From an uncultured Candidatus Rokubacteria bacterium (GTDB taxonomy: Bacteria; Methylomirabilota; Methylomirabilia; Rokubacteriales; DASRDR01), in assembly GCA_963826115.1 (NCBI GenBank), contig CAWGVS010000005.1, forward strand, positions 1,600,001-1,664,000: a DNA stretch of 64,000 nucleotides, given 5' to 3'. This document shows positions 9,095 through 19,939 of the stretch, in pieces (the first letter of the stretch is position 1; each line of letters begins with the position of its first letter). A program made the translations under genes and the position numbers. The notes under the pieces were generated by a model. That model was not told the origin of the DNA. It saw only the letters and a program-made list of their open reading frames with translations, and made no database searches.

Positions 9095-9127
9095 CGCACC
9101 CGGCGCGGGATCCCCGAGCGAGGAGGC

Positions 9128-11002
9128 CTAGGAGGGCGGTGGGGCTTCCCCGACGCTTGCCGTTCGCCGCGCGAGGATCTCCGCAACCGCTCGGGGACGC
9201 GGATCCCCCTCGATCTCCTCCACTGGCTTGGGCAGCGCCAGAGACCAGTTCGCGCGACGCTCGCCGGTCGTGCCCGGCAGGTTGGGTCGCTCGGCGACGC
9301 CGAGGGCGTCCTCGAGCGTCGCCACGATCAGCGTCGAGGGCGCCTCAGCGAGGCGCCGGTGGATCGCGAGGGCCACGGCATCGGCCGAGGCATCGCCCGG
9401 CACGCCGGCCAGCTCGCGAAGGCGCCCCCGCAGCGTCTTCGTTCCGGCCAGGTTCGGCGCGACGCCGACCGCCTGCTGCTCCCGGAGGTCGCTGCCCGTC
9501 CAGAGGCCGCGCACGGTCGGGAGGTCGTGCGTCGTCACCGCCGCGAGCGAGAGCGGCGGGTAGCCCGAAGGCGGCCCGGGCTCGAACCACACCACCCGTG
9601 TCGACAGGATCCGCTCGGCCGCGAGCCGCTCACGCACCCCCGGGGCGACGGTGCCGAGATCCTCGCCGATGATGACCGCACCCGCCCGCTCGCTCTCGAG
9701 CGCGATGATGGCCAGGAGGTCGTCACTCGGGTAGCTGACGTACGCGCCACTCCGGGCGGTCGCCCCGACGGGGACCCAGAACAGCCGGAACAGGCCCATG
9801 ACGTGGTCGACGCGCATCCCGCCGGCGTGACGGAGTCCCGCCCGCACGGTCTCGACGAAGGGCGCGTAGTCGGCGGCGCGGAGCCGGTGCGGCACGAACG
9901 GCGGGAGGCCCCAATCCTGGCCCTCGGGAGCGAAGTCGTCGGGTGGCGCCCCCACGGTGACGCCACGCGCCAGAACGTCCTGCCAGGCCCAGGCGTCCGC
10001 CCCCTCGCCGTCGAAACCGATGGCCAGATCCGTCACCAGCCGAAGCGCTTGCCCGGCTCGAGCCAGCTGCTCGTCGAGAAGCCACTGGACCCAGGCGTGA
10101 AATCCGACCCGCTCGGCTCGCTCCGTGGCGAAGCGCTCAACTGCGGGCGACGCGGGATGGCGGTGCTCGGCCGGCCAGCGTCGCCAGCCCGATCCATGCC
10201 GCTCGGCGAGGACGCAGAAGGTCGCGAACGTCTCGAGACCGGCTCCCTCGCGGGCCCGGTAGCCCGCGAATCCAGGCGCCGTCGCGCCGCCGCGCGCCCA
10301 CACCGCCTCGAGCGCGGCCAACTTGAGGCGAAACACGGCGTCGCGATCGATCCGGCGCTCCCGGTTGAGGGCGCGCCCCTCCGCGGCGAGCCGCGTCACG
10401 TCGAGCCCGGCCTCCGCCGCGCCTGGCACCTCCTCGACCCGGAGGTACAGCGGGTTCCGGTAGCGGCGACTCGAGGGAAAGTAGGGGCTCGCCTCCTGTG
10501 GGACGAGCGGGAGCACCGCGTGGAGCGGGTTCAGGACCGCGGCGCCGGCGCCGAGCGCGCTCGCCGACCACTCCGCGAGCCGGCGGAGGTCCGCGAGGTC
10601 GCCGATCCCCCAGCTCTCCCGGGAGCGGAGCGCGTAGAGCTGGATCGCCCAGCCCCAGGCCCGCAGTCCCTCGGGCAGATGGCAGCGCGCCGGCGCGACG
10701 ATCAGGCGCGCGGCGGGCCGGCCGTCGAGCGGCCGGAGCTCGTGATAGCCGAGGGGCAGATCGGCCGGGAGGCGCCCCTCGACGCGGAGGATGGCCCCAT
10801 CCTCGAGCGTGAGCTCGGCGCCGCCCCGGACCGCCGGGAGCGGCTGGCCGCGGCGGTGGACCAGCGGCCCCGCCATCCGGCGAGCCTCCTCGGCCCCGCC
10901 CATCGCCGCCAGGATCCGCGCCCGCGCCTCGGGCGTCGTCGCCCGCCAGGCGCCGCGCGTGTCGATGTAGCCGTCCTCGATGCCCCAGGCGTCGGCGCTC
11001 AG
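9128..11002 (-). CDS. malQ: 4-alpha-glucanotransferase (GH77)
   Basis: QLYALRS..SWGIGD, SPYFPSSR, DLAIG, GAPPD, GQDWGLPP, RVDH, GEDLG, TTHD, NLPGT; start uncertain (CTG overlapping the phoR stop). Confidence 0.9.
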   Translation of the reverse strand: MSADAWGIEDGYIDTRGAWRATTPEARARILAAMGGAEEARRMAGPLVHRRGQPLPAVRGGAELTLEDGAILRVEGRLPADLPLGYHELRPLDGRPAARLIVAPARCHLPEGLRAWGWAIQLYALRSRESWGIGDLADLRRLAEWSASALGAGAAVLNPLHAVLPLVPQEASPYFPSSRRYRNPLYLRVEEVPGAAEAGLDVTRLAAEGRALNRERRIDRDAVFRLKLAALEAVWARGGATAPGFAGYRAREGAGLETFATFCVLAERHGSGWRRWPAEHRHPASPAVERFATERAERVGFHAWVQWLLDEQLARAGQALRLVTDLAIGFDGEGADAWAWQDVLARGVTVGAPPDDFAPEGQDWGLPPFVPHRLRAADYAPFVETVRAGLRHAGGMRVDHVMGLFRLFWVPVGATARSGAYVSYPSDDLLAIIALESERAGAVIIGEDLGTVAPGVRERLAAERILSTRVVWFEPGPPSGYPPLSLAAVTTHDLPTVRGLWTGSDLREQQAVGVAPNLAGTKTLRGRLRELAGVPGDASADAVALAIHRRLAEAPSTLIVATLEDALGVAERPNLPGTTGERRANWSLALPKPVEEIEGDPRPRAVAEILARRTASVGEAPPPS

Positions 11003-12804
11003 GAGGTCGCGGCCCCCTCGCCGGCGGGCAGGGTGAAGCTCACGGTCGTGCCGTGGCCCAGCGCGCTCTCGACGTGGAGCTCGCCCCCGTGGGCCTGCAC
11101 CAGATGCTTGACGATCGCGAGCCCGAGCCCCGTGCCCCCGACCTCGCGCGAGCGCGTCTTGTCGACCCGGTAGAAGCGCTCCGTGATCCGCGGGAGCTCG
11201 GTCGACGGGATGCCGATGCCGGTGTCCCGGACCCGGACCTCGACGCGGCCACCCGGCGCCGGAACGGCCTCGATGCGAACCTGCCCGCCCTCCGGGGTGA
11301 ACTTCACCGCGTTGTCCACGAGGTTCACCAGGATCTGGACGAGCCGGTCCCGGTCCGCGTGGACCGCGAGCCCCTCGGGCACGGCGTGGGCCAGGGTCTG
11401 GCGGCGCTGGACGGTCTGGCGCTCGAACATGGCGGCGACCCCGGCCACGACGTCGCCCAGGTCGAGGCGCCTCGGCACCAGGGTCACCCGCCCGCTCTCG
11501 ATGTTCGACAGCTCGAGGAGGTCGTCGATCAGCCGGTCGAGGCGCTCGGCATGGGTGCCGGCGACCTCGAGGAAGCGCCGCGCGTGGGTCGGGTCGTCGA
11601 GCGCGCCGTCGAGCAGCGTCTCGAGGTAGCCCTTGATGCACGTGAGGGGCGTGCGGAGCTCGTGCGAGACGTTCGCCACGAACTCGCTCCGCACGCGCTC
11701 GAGACGGCGGAGCTCGGTCACGTCGTGCAGCACGAGCAGGACGCCCGACGCGTCCGGCCCGAGCCCGAGGGGCGCCCCGCGCGCCGCCACGACGCGGTTG
11801 ACGGGAGGGCCGAGCTCGAGCTCGTGCCGCGCCGGCGTTCCCGACGCCCTCACCTCCTCCACCAGGTCGAGCAGCTCCTTCTGCCGGATGACCTCGAGGA
11901 ACGGGCGGCCCTCGGGCACGCCGTTCTCGACGGCAAACATCGCGCGCGCCGAGGGATTGAGGAGCAGGAGACGGCCCCGGTCGTCGAGCGCGACCACCCC
12001 CTCGGTCATGCCGTCCAGGATGGTGCGCACCTTCATCTGCTCGTCGCCGAGACGCTCGATCTTCTCCCGGAGCGCCACCGCGGTGCGGTTCAGGGCGACG
12101 CCCAGGGCGGCGATCTCGTCGGTCCCCGAGACGGGCACCCGCTGCCCGAGATCGCCCTCGGCCATCCGACGCGCCGCGTCCTCCATCCCGCGGAGCGGCC
12201 GCGTCACCCGCCGGCTCACGAAGAGCCCGATCACCACGGCGACGCAGAGGGCGAGGGTCGCGCCGCCGAGCACGGTCCGGCGGACCAGCGCTCGGGCCTC
12301 GTCGACGTCTGGGGTGTGGAGCGCGAGGCGCACGACCGCGCGCGGCCGCCCCGGACGGTCCAGGGGCACCGCGACGTAGAGGAGGTCGCGACCCAGGGTC
12401 GCGCTCCGGCGAACGTCGCTGCCGACGCGGCCGGCCAGCGCCTGGACGACCTCGGGGCGGCTCGCGTGGCTCTCCATCTCGCGCACGGACTCGCGATCGG
12501 ACTCGGCGAGGACCGCGCCGTCGGCCGCGATCACCGTCACCCGCGCCCCGAGAATCCGGGCGTAGCGGTGGGCGCGATCCTGAAAGAAGGCGTCGCCGGG
12601 CCGGCCGTCGAGCAGGGGCTCGAACCCGTCCCTCAGGAGATTCGCCTGGGTGGCGAGGGTGCCCTGGAGGCGCCCGACGGCCTGCACCTCGAGGGCGCGG
12701 CTCACGTAGACGCCCATGACCAGGACGCCGAGCCCGGCGACCACGCCCAGGAGAGCGGTCAGCCGCGCGGCGAGACCGAGACCGCGTCGCTCCGCCCGGG
12801 CCAT
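10999..12804 (-). CDS. phoR: PhoR-type sensor histidine kinase (TM-HAMP-PAS-HisKA-HATPase)
   Basis: FVANVSHELRTPLT, NLVDNAVK, DTGIGI, ERFYRVDK.RSR..GGTGLGL. Confidence 0.9.
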   Translation of the reverse strand: MARAERRGLGLAARLTALLGVVAGLGVLVMGVYVSRALEVQAVGRLQGTLATQANLLRDGFEPLLDGRPGDAFFQDRAHRYARILGARVTVIAADGAVLAESDRESVREMESHASRPEVVQALAGRVGSDVRRSATLGRDLLYVAVPLDRPGRPRAVVRLALHTPDVDEARALVRRTVLGGATLALCVAVVIGLFVSRRVTRPLRGMEDAARRMAEGDLGQRVPVSGTDEIAALGVALNRTAVALREKIERLGDEQMKVRTILDGMTEGVVALDDRGRLLLLNPSARAMFAVENGVPEGRPFLEVIRQKELLDLVEEVRASGTPARHELELGPPVNRVVAARGAPLGLGPDASGVLLVLHDVTELRRLERVRSEFVANVSHELRTPLTCIKGYLETLLDGALDDPTHARRFLEVAGTHAERLDRLIDDLLELSNIESGRVTLVPRRLDLGDVVAGVAAMFERQTVQRRQTLAHAVPEGLAVHADRDRLVQILVNLVDNAVKFTPEGGQVRIEAVPAPGGRVEVRVRDTGIGIPSTELPRITERFYRVDKTRSREVGGTGLGLAIVKHLVQAHGGELHVESALGHGTTVSFTLPAGEGAATS

Positions 12805-12806
12805 CG

Positions 12807-13499
12807 TCACGGCTCTCCGTGGAAGCTGTAGCCCACCGCCTTGATCGTCACGATGCGACGCGCCTCCTGGCCGAGCTTGGCGCGGAGGCGCCGGACGTGC
12901 ACGTCGACGGTGCGCGACTCGATCTCCTCGGCGTTCGCGTAGCCCCACACCGTCTCCAGGAGCTGGTCGCGGCTCAGCACCCGCCCGTCGGCGCGCATGA
13001 GCGCCGCGAGCAGTCCGAACTCCTTCGCGGTGAGCTCGACGGGCTTGCCGCCGACCGTCACCGCGTGCCGGGCCTCGTCGATGTGGAGCGCCCCCGCCGA
13101 GCGGCCCGCCGGTGGCCCGTCGGGTCCCGCGCTCCGCCGGAGGATCGCCCGGATCCGCGCGAGCAGCTCCCGCGGGCTGAACGGCTTGACGACGTAGTCG
13201 TCCGCGCCCAGCTCGAGCCCGACGACGCGGTCCACCTCCTCGCCCTTGGCCGTGAGCATGATGATCGGGAGGCGACGCGTGGCGGCGTCGCGACGGAGCT
13301 GCCGGCAGACCTCGAGCCCGTCGAGCCCGGGCAGCATGAGGTCGAGGAGGGCGACGTCGGGGAGCTCGGCGCGGGCCAGGCGTAGCGCGGTCGCGCCGTC
13401 GGAGGCGTGGACGAGCCGCATCCCGGCCTTCTCGACGTGGTAGCGGACGAGATCGGCGATGTCCCGCTCGTCCTCCACCAGCAGCACGGTCACCGGCAC
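12807..13499 (-). CDS. phoB: PhoB/OmpR-family response regulator
   Basis: VEDE, LLDLMLP, GADDYVVKPF, RTVDVHVRRLR; adjacent to phoR. Confidence 0.85.
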   Translation of the reverse strand: MPVTVLLVEDERDIADLVRYHVEKAGMRLVHASDGATALRLARAELPDVALLDLMLPGLDGLEVCRQLRRDAATRRLPIIMLTAKGEEVDRVVGLELGADDYVVKPFSPRELLARIRAILRRSAGPDGPPAGRSAGALHIDEARHAVTVGGKPVELTAKEFGLLAALMRADGRVLSRDQLLETVWGYANAEEIESRTVDVHVRRLRAKLGQEARRIVTIKAVGYSFHGEP

Positions 13500-13578
13500 G
13501 CGCGTCCTCCCGCGGCTGAATTGTAGCCTGGGAGGCCCGGCCGAGGCCGGGCGAACGGCCGGGGGGTCCGGCGCGCGA

Positions 13579-14166
13579 TCAGACCGCGGCCGGGCGCGCC
13601 TCCGCCATCCGGCAGAAGTACCGGTGGACGGCGAGCTCCCCCGTGAGCTCGGGATGGAAGCTCGCGACCAGCACGCCGCCCTCGCGGGCGAGGACCGGGT
13701 CGCCGCCGTGCCTCGCCAGCACCTCGACCCCGGGGCCGACGCGCCGGATCCGGGGCGCCCGGATGAAGACCATCCGCAGCGGCTCGGCGGCGGCCCCGAG
13801 CGCCGCCGGCGCCTCGGTCTCGAACGACTCCCGCTGTCGCCCGTAGCTGTTGCGCTCCACCGTCACGTCGATCAGGCCGAGGGACGGCTGCCGCGGGGAC
13901 TCGACCTCGCGGGCCAGCACGATGAGGCCGGCGCAGGTGCCGAAGAGCGGGCGGCCGCTCGCGTGGAATCGGCGGAGCGCCGGCTGGAAGTCCCGGGCGT
14001 CCATCAGGTGGAGGAGCGTCGTGCTCTCGCCCCCCGGCAGGATCAGGCCCTCAACGTCGTCGAGCTCCGCAGGCTTCCGCACCTCCGCGGACTCGACGCC
14101 CGCGCGGCGGAGCGCCGCCGCGTGGAGCGCGAAGTCGCCCTGGAGCGCGAGGACGCCGATCCGCAC
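13579..14166 (-). CDS. pdxT: PLP synthase glutaminase subunit
   Basis: GVLALQG, PGGEST, GTCAG, RNSYGRQ, FIRAP, FHPE. Confidence 0.95.
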   Translation of the reverse strand: MRIGVLALQGDFALHAAALRRAGVESAEVRKPAELDDVEGLILPGGESTTLLHLMDARDFQPALRRFHASGRPLFGTCAGLIVLAREVESPRQPSLGLIDVTVERNSYGRQRESFETEAPAALGAAAEPLRMVFIRAPRIRRVGPGVEVLARHGGDPVLAREGGVLVASFHPELTGELAVHRYFCRMAEARPAAV

Positions 14167-14170
14167 CGCC

Positions 14171-15067
14171 TCACCAGCCCCGGGTCTGGAGGAGCTCCCC
14201 GGCGGCGAGCTTGGAGGTCTCGAGCCCCACCATCGCGTCGCCCAGGTCCTCGCTCACCTTCGCGAGCACGTCCGGGTCCTTGTAGTGGGTCGTCGCCTGC
14301 ACGATGGCGCGCGCCCGGCGCTCGGGGTCGCTCGACTTGAAGACACCCGAGCCCACGAAGACCGCCTCGGCGCCGAGCTGCATCATGAGCGCGGCATCGG
14401 CCGGCGTGGCGATCCCACCGGCAGAGAAGTTCGGCACCGGCAGCCGCCGGTTCGCCGCCACCCAGCGGACGAGGTCGTACGGCGCCCCGAGGGTCTTGGC
14501 CTCGGCCATGAGCTCCTCGGCGCCGAGCACGCCCAGGCGGCGGATCCCCGTGACCAGCGCGCGCATGTGGCGGACCGCCTCGACGATGTTCCCCGAGCCG
14601 GCCTCGCCTTTCGTCCGGATCATCGCGGCGCCCTCGCCGATCCGCCGGAGCGCCTCCCCGAGGTCCCGGGCGCCGCACACGAACGGCACGCGGAACGCGA
14701 GCTTGTCGATGTGGAAGTGCTCGTCGGCGGGTGTGAGAACCTCCGACTCGTCGATGAAGTCGACGGCGAGGGCCTCCAGGATCTGCGCCTCGACGAAGTG
14801 CCCGATGCGGGCCTTGGCCATCACCGGGATGCTGACGGTCCGCTGGATCTCCCGGATCTTGCCGACCGCCGCCATGCGCGCGACGCCGCCGTCGCGGCGG
14901 ATGTCGGACGGGACGCGCTCGAGCGCCATCACCGACGTCGCGCCCGCCTGCTCGGCGATCCGCGCCTGCTCGGCGTTCGTGACGTCCATGATCACCCCGC
15001 CCTTCAGCATCTCGGCGAGTCCGATGTGCTTGGGATCCGCGATCCGGAGACCGTTCATGTCGCTCAT
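14171..15067 (-). CDS. pdxS: PLP synthase lyase subunit
   Basis: [40 protein letters not shown]; ends QTRGW. Confidence 0.97.
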   Translation of the reverse strand: MSDMNGLRIADPKHIGLAEMLKGGVIMDVTNAEQARIAEQAGATSVMALERVPSDIRRDGGVARMAAVGKIREIQRTVSIPVMAKARIGHFVEAQILEALAVDFIDESEVLTPADEHFHIDKLAFRVPFVCGARDLGEALRRIGEGAAMIRTKGEAGSGNIVEAVRHMRALVTGIRRLGVLGAEELMAEAKTLGAPYDLVRWVAANRRLPVPNFSAGGIATPADAALMMQLGAEAVFVGSGVFKSSDPERRARAIVQATTHYKDPDVLAKVSEDLGDAMVGLETSKLAAGELLQTRGW

Positions 15068-15090
15068 CTCGTGCCTTTCCTTTCGTTCGT

Positions 15091-16620
15091 TCAGACCACC
15101 AGCGCCTCGACCCGCTCCGGGGCCGGGCGGGGGTTCCCGCTCCGCCGCCAGTCGGCGACGGCCTCGGCCAGGCGCTTCACGCCGTCGTCGATCCGGCGGA
15201 CCGCCACGGAGGAGAAGGACAGCCGGGCCGTGCGGTCGCCGCTCCCGTCCACGAAGAACCGCGCCCCCGGCGTGAAGCCGACGCCGCGGCGGAGCGCCCG
15301 CGGCAGGAGCGCCCCCGCGTCGCAACCCGCGGGCAGCGTGAGGAGGAGCGAGAAGCCGCCGCGCGGCTCCGTCCAGCTCACCCCCTCCGGCATGTGCCGG
15401 CCCAGCGCCTCGAGGAGGGCGGTCCGTCGCCGGTCGTACTCTCGCCCGATGCGGGCGACGTGCCGGTCGAGGAGGCGCCGCTCGCAGAAGCGGTACACGG
15501 CGGCCTGGATCAGGGGGCTCGTCCCGAGGTCCGCGAGCTGCTTCGCGGCCCGAAGCCGCTCCACGACGGGAGGCGGCGCCACCAGCCACCCGAGCCGGAG
15601 CCCGGGGAAGAGCACCTTCGAGAACGTCCCGATGTAGAGGACGAGGCCGTCCCGGTCCAGCGCGCGGAGCGGCAGGGGCCGGCGCTCGCCGTAGTAGAGG
15701 CTGCCGTCGAAGCCATCCTCGACGATCGGCACGTGGTGCCGGGCCGCGACGTCGAGCACCCGCCGCGCGGCCTCGGGCGTCATCGTGACGCCGGTCGGGT
15801 TGTGCGCCGTGGGCTGGCAGTAGAAGAGCTTCGGACGGTGGCGCACCAGCACCTGCTCGAGGACGTCCGGGGACGGGCCCTCGGGCCCCCAGGGCACGGG
15901 CACGAGCTGGGCCCCCGCGGCCCGGAACACGTCGATCGCGCGCGGGTAGGTCGGCTGCTCCATCGCGACCACGTCGCCCGGATCGACGAACGTGCGCGCG
16001 ATCAGGTCGAAGCCCTGCTGGGAGCCGTTGACGACGAGGATGTCGTCGATCCGCGCCTCGACGCCGAACCGCAGGAGGTAGGTGGCGAGGTACTGGCGGA
16101 GCGGCAGGTAGCCGTCGCCACCCGGCGGGTACTGGAGGAGCGCCGAGCCCTCGGCGCGGACGACCTGGTTCAGCACTCGGCGGAACGCGTCGGTCGGGAA
16201 CAGCCCGCTGTCGGGCATGCCCTCCGCGAAGGAAATCAGCGGCCGGGCGCCCCCGGGGATCGCGACCCGCCGCTCCGCCCGCGAGCCGGCGATGTGGGCG
16301 CTCCGCGAGAACAGGCGCGACCAGTCGAGCGCGATGCGCGCCGGGGCCGGCGGGGCCGGGCGGTCCTCGCTCGCCGGTGGCGCAGCGACGAAGGTGCCCT
16401 GCCCGACGTGGGCCCGTGCGAGGCCCCCGGCCACCAGCTCCTCGTAGGCGAGCGCCACGGTTGTCCGGTTGACGCCAAGCGTCCCGGCCAGCTCCCGCGT
16501 CGCCGGCAGCTTCACGCCGGGCGCGAGCCACCCCTCGCGGATCAGGCGCTCGATCTGCGCCTGGATCTGGCGGGCGAGTGGGACCGTCCCTTCCCGGTCG
16601 AGCTGAAGGCTGAGGGCCAT
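15091..16620 (-). CDS. pdxR: MocR/GabR-family regulator (GntR wHTH + PLP aminotransferase-like domain), probable PdxR
   Basis: LPATRELA...VNRTTV..AY; GSQQG, HNPTG, GTFSK..PGLRLGW; directly upstream of pdxST. Confidence 0.85.
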   Translation of the reverse strand: MALSLQLDREGTVPLARQIQAQIERLIREGWLAPGVKLPATRELAGTLGVNRTTVALAYEELVAGGLARAHVGQGTFVAAPPASEDRPAPPAPARIALDWSRLFSRSAHIAGSRAERRVAIPGGARPLISFAEGMPDSGLFPTDAFRRVLNQVVRAEGSALLQYPPGGDGYLPLRQYLATYLLRFGVEARIDDILVVNGSQQGFDLIARTFVDPGDVVAMEQPTYPRAIDVFRAAGAQLVPVPWGPEGPSPDVLEQVLVRHRPKLFYCQPTAHNPTGVTMTPEAARRVLDVAARHHVPIVEDGFDGSLYYGERRPLPLRALDRDGLVLYIGTFSKVLFPGLRLGWLVAPPPVVERLRAAKQLADLGTSPLIQAAVYRFCERRLLDRHVARIGREYDRRRTALLEALGRHMPEGVSWTEPRGGFSLLLTLPAGCDAGALLPRALRRGVGFTPGARFFVDGSGDRTARLSFSSVAVRRIDDGVKRLAEAVADWRRSGNPRPAPERVEALVV

Positions 16621-17005
16621 ACCAGCCATTTTCTTCGTGATTCAGCCATCGTCAACCGCCAATCGCCCAACCGCGGCCCCTACCAATGAGCCATTGCTCC
16701 CTACATCCAGTCCAATATGTATCGTTTTTCCTGACACATTGGGTGCGCAGCCGGCACTCGTCAGGATGCCGCCGCGCTCGGGGGCGACCCGGTCCGCCCG
16801 GAGTCCGCAGCCGATCTTGCCGCACAGCGAGGTCAGGCCCGCGGCGCTGAGCACCCTCGCCGCGACCAGGCGTACGCGCCCGCCCCACTCGACAGGCCGC
16901 GAACAGACTCGACCCCGCGACCCTGGAGACCCGACGGGCATGGCCACGAAACCGCCTGCCGGGTTATCGTCCCTCCGTGCCGGGCCTGCTCGAGACGAGA
17001 CGCGC

Positions 17006-18571
17006 GTGATCGGGGGCGCATCGCTCGCCCGCCTCTGGATCCAGTCCCGCCGGGCGGCGCTGCTCCTGCTCGCGCCGGGCCGCGTCTGGCGGGCCCTCCG
17101 GAATCCGGAGTTCCGCCGCGCGTATCCCGCGTACACCCGGTCCCTGTCCGTGGCCCTCCTCGTCACGGCCGGCGGGGTCGCCGCGGCGGCCGCGCTGTCG
17201 CCCGGGGCCGCCGCCTTGCTCGTCGTGGGACTCGTGGTGAGCGCCGTCCTGCTGCGCTACCGTGCACGCGCGGCGTATGGGGTCCGCCGGGGCCTCCCGC
17301 CCGGCTCGCTCGATTTCCTCGCGACCGGACCGTTCATCGACCCGCACTTCTACGCCGCGGCCGCGCGGGCCCACGGCCCGCTCTTCAAGTGCAGCGCGCT
17401 CGCGCGCTCGCAGGTCTGCGTCGCGAGCTTGGGCACGGGGTCGGAGATCCTCCGGGTGTTCGCCGCCCATCTCCGCCCGCTGTCGCTGCCGTTCCATCGT
17501 TTCGTGCCAGGCGGCTTCCTCCGCCGGATGGAAGAGCCCGCCCACGAGACATACCGCCGGCTGTTCTCGTCCGTCCTGCCGCGCGCACTCGTCGAGCACT
17601 GGCGGCCCGTCCTCCAGGCCGCGGCCGCGCGCGGGCTCCGGCACCTTGCGGAGGCGTCGGTGGCCGCGGGTCCCCACGGGATCACGCCGGCGCCGCACGT
17701 CGAGCGGCTCGTGCGCGAGGCCTGGTTCCGCGTCTTCCTGGGCGTCGAGGCGGCGTCCGAGGCCGGGGTCCGCCTGGGCGAGCTCTTCGACGTGATCGAC
17801 ATCCGGAATCTCCGACGCCCCTCCCCGGCCGAGATTCGCGCCGCGCTCGGGGACATCGAGGCCTGGATGGGGCGCGCCGGGCCCGGGGCCGCCGGCTCCG
17901 GCGACTCCCCCGAGGCGCGCCGCTCGTGCGTCCTCGGCGAGGTCCTCGACCGGAAGCCCGACGCGCTGCGCGACGCGACGACCGTCCGCAACCTGATCTA
18001 CATGGTGAGCACGTCGGCCGGTGACGTCAGTGGGTTGCTCGGGTGGGTGCTCAAGCTCCTCAGCGACCACCCCGGCTGGGCCGATCGGCTCCGGCGCGAC
18101 GCCGCCGACCCGGGGGACCGCCAGGTCATCCAGGGTCCCTCCCTCGCCGCCCGCATCGTGTCCGAGACGCTCCGGCTCCAGCAGAGCGAGTTCGTGATGC
18201 GCGAGATCGTCCGCCCGTTCGGCCACCAGGGGCTCCGGTTCCCGAGGGGATGGCTCCTCCGCGTCTGCGTGCAGGAGAGCCACCGGAACCCGGACGTGTA
18301 CGACCGTCCGGAGGAGTTCGATCCCGACCGGTTCCTCGGGCCGCCGCCCGCGCGGGACCGGTACGCACCCTTCGGCCTCGACCGGCACGCATGCGTCGGC
18401 GAGTACTTGGCCCGGGCCATGGCCGAGGCGTTTGCCGACACGCTGGCCACCTTCGACTGGGAGGTCACCTCCGACGGTCAGGTCGAGATGAACGACTGGC
18501 GCCACTGGGCCCCCAGCCCGCGCTTCCGCATCCGCCTGACCGCCCGGGCTCGCTCCTCACTCCCGGTCTGA
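17006..18571 (+). CDS. Cytochrome P450 with N-terminal membrane segments
   Basis: ETLR (ExxR), FDPDRF, PFGLDRHACVG heme-Cys motif; LPPG hinge after hydrophobic helices; start uncertain (ORF open from 16637). Confidence 0.8.
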   Translation: MIGGASLARLWIQSRRAALLLLAPGRVWRALRNPEFRRAYPAYTRSLSVALLVTAGGVAAAAALSPGAAALLVVGLVVSAVLLRYRARAAYGVRRGLPPGSLDFLATGPFIDPHFYAAAARAHGPLFKCSALARSQVCVASLGTGSEILRVFAAHLRPLSLPFHRFVPGGFLRRMEEPAHETYRRLFSSVLPRALVEHWRPVLQAAAARGLRHLAEASVAAGPHGITPAPHVERLVREAWFRVFLGVEAASEAGVRLGELFDVIDIRNLRRPSPAEIRAALGDIEAWMGRAGPGAAGSGDSPEARRSCVLGEVLDRKPDALRDATTVRNLIYMVSTSAGDVSGLLGWVLKLLSDHPGWADRLRRDAADPGDRQVIQGPSLAARIVSETLRLQQSEFVMREIVRPFGHQGLRFPRGWLLRVCVQESHRNPDVYDRPEEFDPDRFLGPPPARDRYAPFGLDRHACVGEYLARAMAEAFADTLATFDWEVTSDGQVEMNDWRHWAPSPRFRIRLTARARSSLPV

Positions 18572-19807
18572 GACCGCGCGCGGCGCCAGCCCGTTGAAGT
18601 AGAGGTTCAGGAGGACCGCGGCGACCGAGGCGAGCAGGATGCCCGAGTGGAGCAGCGGCGACAGCACCCGTGGCATCGCGTGGAAGAACCGCTCCGCGAC
18701 GAGCGGGATCATGCCGACGCCCAGGCTGACCGCGATCACATACGCGCTGGCTGGCTGTCGCGCGTAGTCGACGGCGGCCAGGATCCGGATGCCGGTCGCC
18801 GCCACCATGCCGAACATGACGATGCCCGCTCCACCCAGCACGAAGGACGGCACGCTCGCGACCACGTGGGACAGCTTCGGCAGGAGGCCGAGAAGCACCA
18901 GCATCGCCCCGCCCGCCGCGCACACCCAGCGGCTCCGGACTCCCGTGATCCCCACCAGCCCGACGTTCTGGGAGAACGACGTGTACGGGAAGGTGTTGAA
19001 GACGCCCCCGATCAGCGTGCCGAGCCCGTCGGCGCGGAGTCCTCGCGTCAGGTCCGAGGCCGAGACCGCCCGCCCGGTCAGCTCACCGAGCGTCAGGAAC
19101 ATGCCCGTGGACTCGATCATCACCACGAGCATCACGAGGCACATCGTCGAGACGGCGACAAGGTCGAAAAACGGCAGGCCGAACTGGAGCGGGTAGACGA
19201 GGTCGACCCATGGGGCCTCCGCGAGCCCGCCCAGGCGCGCCTGTCCGGTCGCGAGCGACACGAGGAAGCCGAGGCCGATGCCCAGCAGTACCGCGATGCT
19301 GGCGACGAACCCCCGCCCCAACTTCACCACGGCGAGGATCGACACCAGGACCAGCAACGCCACGCCGACGCGGCGCGGGTCCCCGTAACCCGGCATCGCG
19401 GGCGACGGCGCGCCGGCCGCCCAGTTGACCCCGACGCGCATCAGCGAAAGACCGATCACGGCGATGATCGTGCCGGTCACCACCGGCGGGAAGAGCCGCC
19501 GCAGCCCGCCGATCACGGGCGCGGCGAGGATCCCGAAGAGACCGGCGACGATCACGCCGCCGTAGACCGCGGGGAGGCCGAGCTCCGGCCGGGTCGCGAT
19601 CGCGAGCATGGGGCCCACCGACGCGAACGTGACGCCCATCATGACCGGCAGCCGGATGCCGAAGCCGCCGAGGCCGACGGTCTGGACGAGCGTGACGAGC
19701 CCCGCCACGAAGAGGTCCGAGCTGACCAGGAGAGCGACCTGGTCTCGCGGAAGCCCGAGCGCGCCGCCCAGGATCAGCGGCACGGCCACCGCCCCCGCGT
19801 ACATCAC
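18557..19807 (-). CDS. NCS2 nucleobase:cation symporter (xanthine/uracil permease)
   Basis: FPPVVTG, ESTG, TSFSQNVGLV signature; homology (VDE.LP...GLQHVL) extends to about 19870 without a canonical start codon. Confidence 0.9.
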   Translation of the reverse strand: MMYAGAVAVPLILGGALGLPRDQVALLVSSDLFVAGLVTLVQTVGLGGFGIRLPVMMGVTFASVGPMLAIATRPELGLPAVYGGVIVAGLFGILAAPVIGGLRRLFPPVVTGTIIAVIGLSLMRVGVNWAAGAPSPAMPGYGDPRRVGVALLVLVSILAVVKLGRGFVASIAVLLGIGLGFLVSLATGQARLGGLAEAPWVDLVYPLQFGLPFFDLVAVSTMCLVMLVVMIESTGMFLTLGELTGRAVSASDLTRGLRADGLGTLIGGVFNTFPYTSFSQNVGLVGITGVRSRWVCAAGGAMLVLLGLLPKLSHVVASVPSFVLGGAGIVMFGMVAATGIRILAAVDYARQPASAYVIAVSLGVGMIPLVAERFFHAMPRVLSPLLHSGILLASVAAVLLNLYFNGLAPRAVSDRE

Positions 19808-19939
19808 GAGGACGTGCTGGAGCCCGAGCGTCAGCAGCCGGAGCGGCGGGAGCCACTCGTCGACGGGACCCGGATCCGGACGGCTCGTCGCGTCTACCCC
19901 GTGGGCCCGATCATGAGGACCATCTGCGCCACCGGTCGC

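Noticed and set aside
16621-16740. Repeated CCAAT/CCAGT words upstream of pdxR as a MocR operator
   Set aside because: Plausible, but spacing is irregular and the words are too short to support without comparative data
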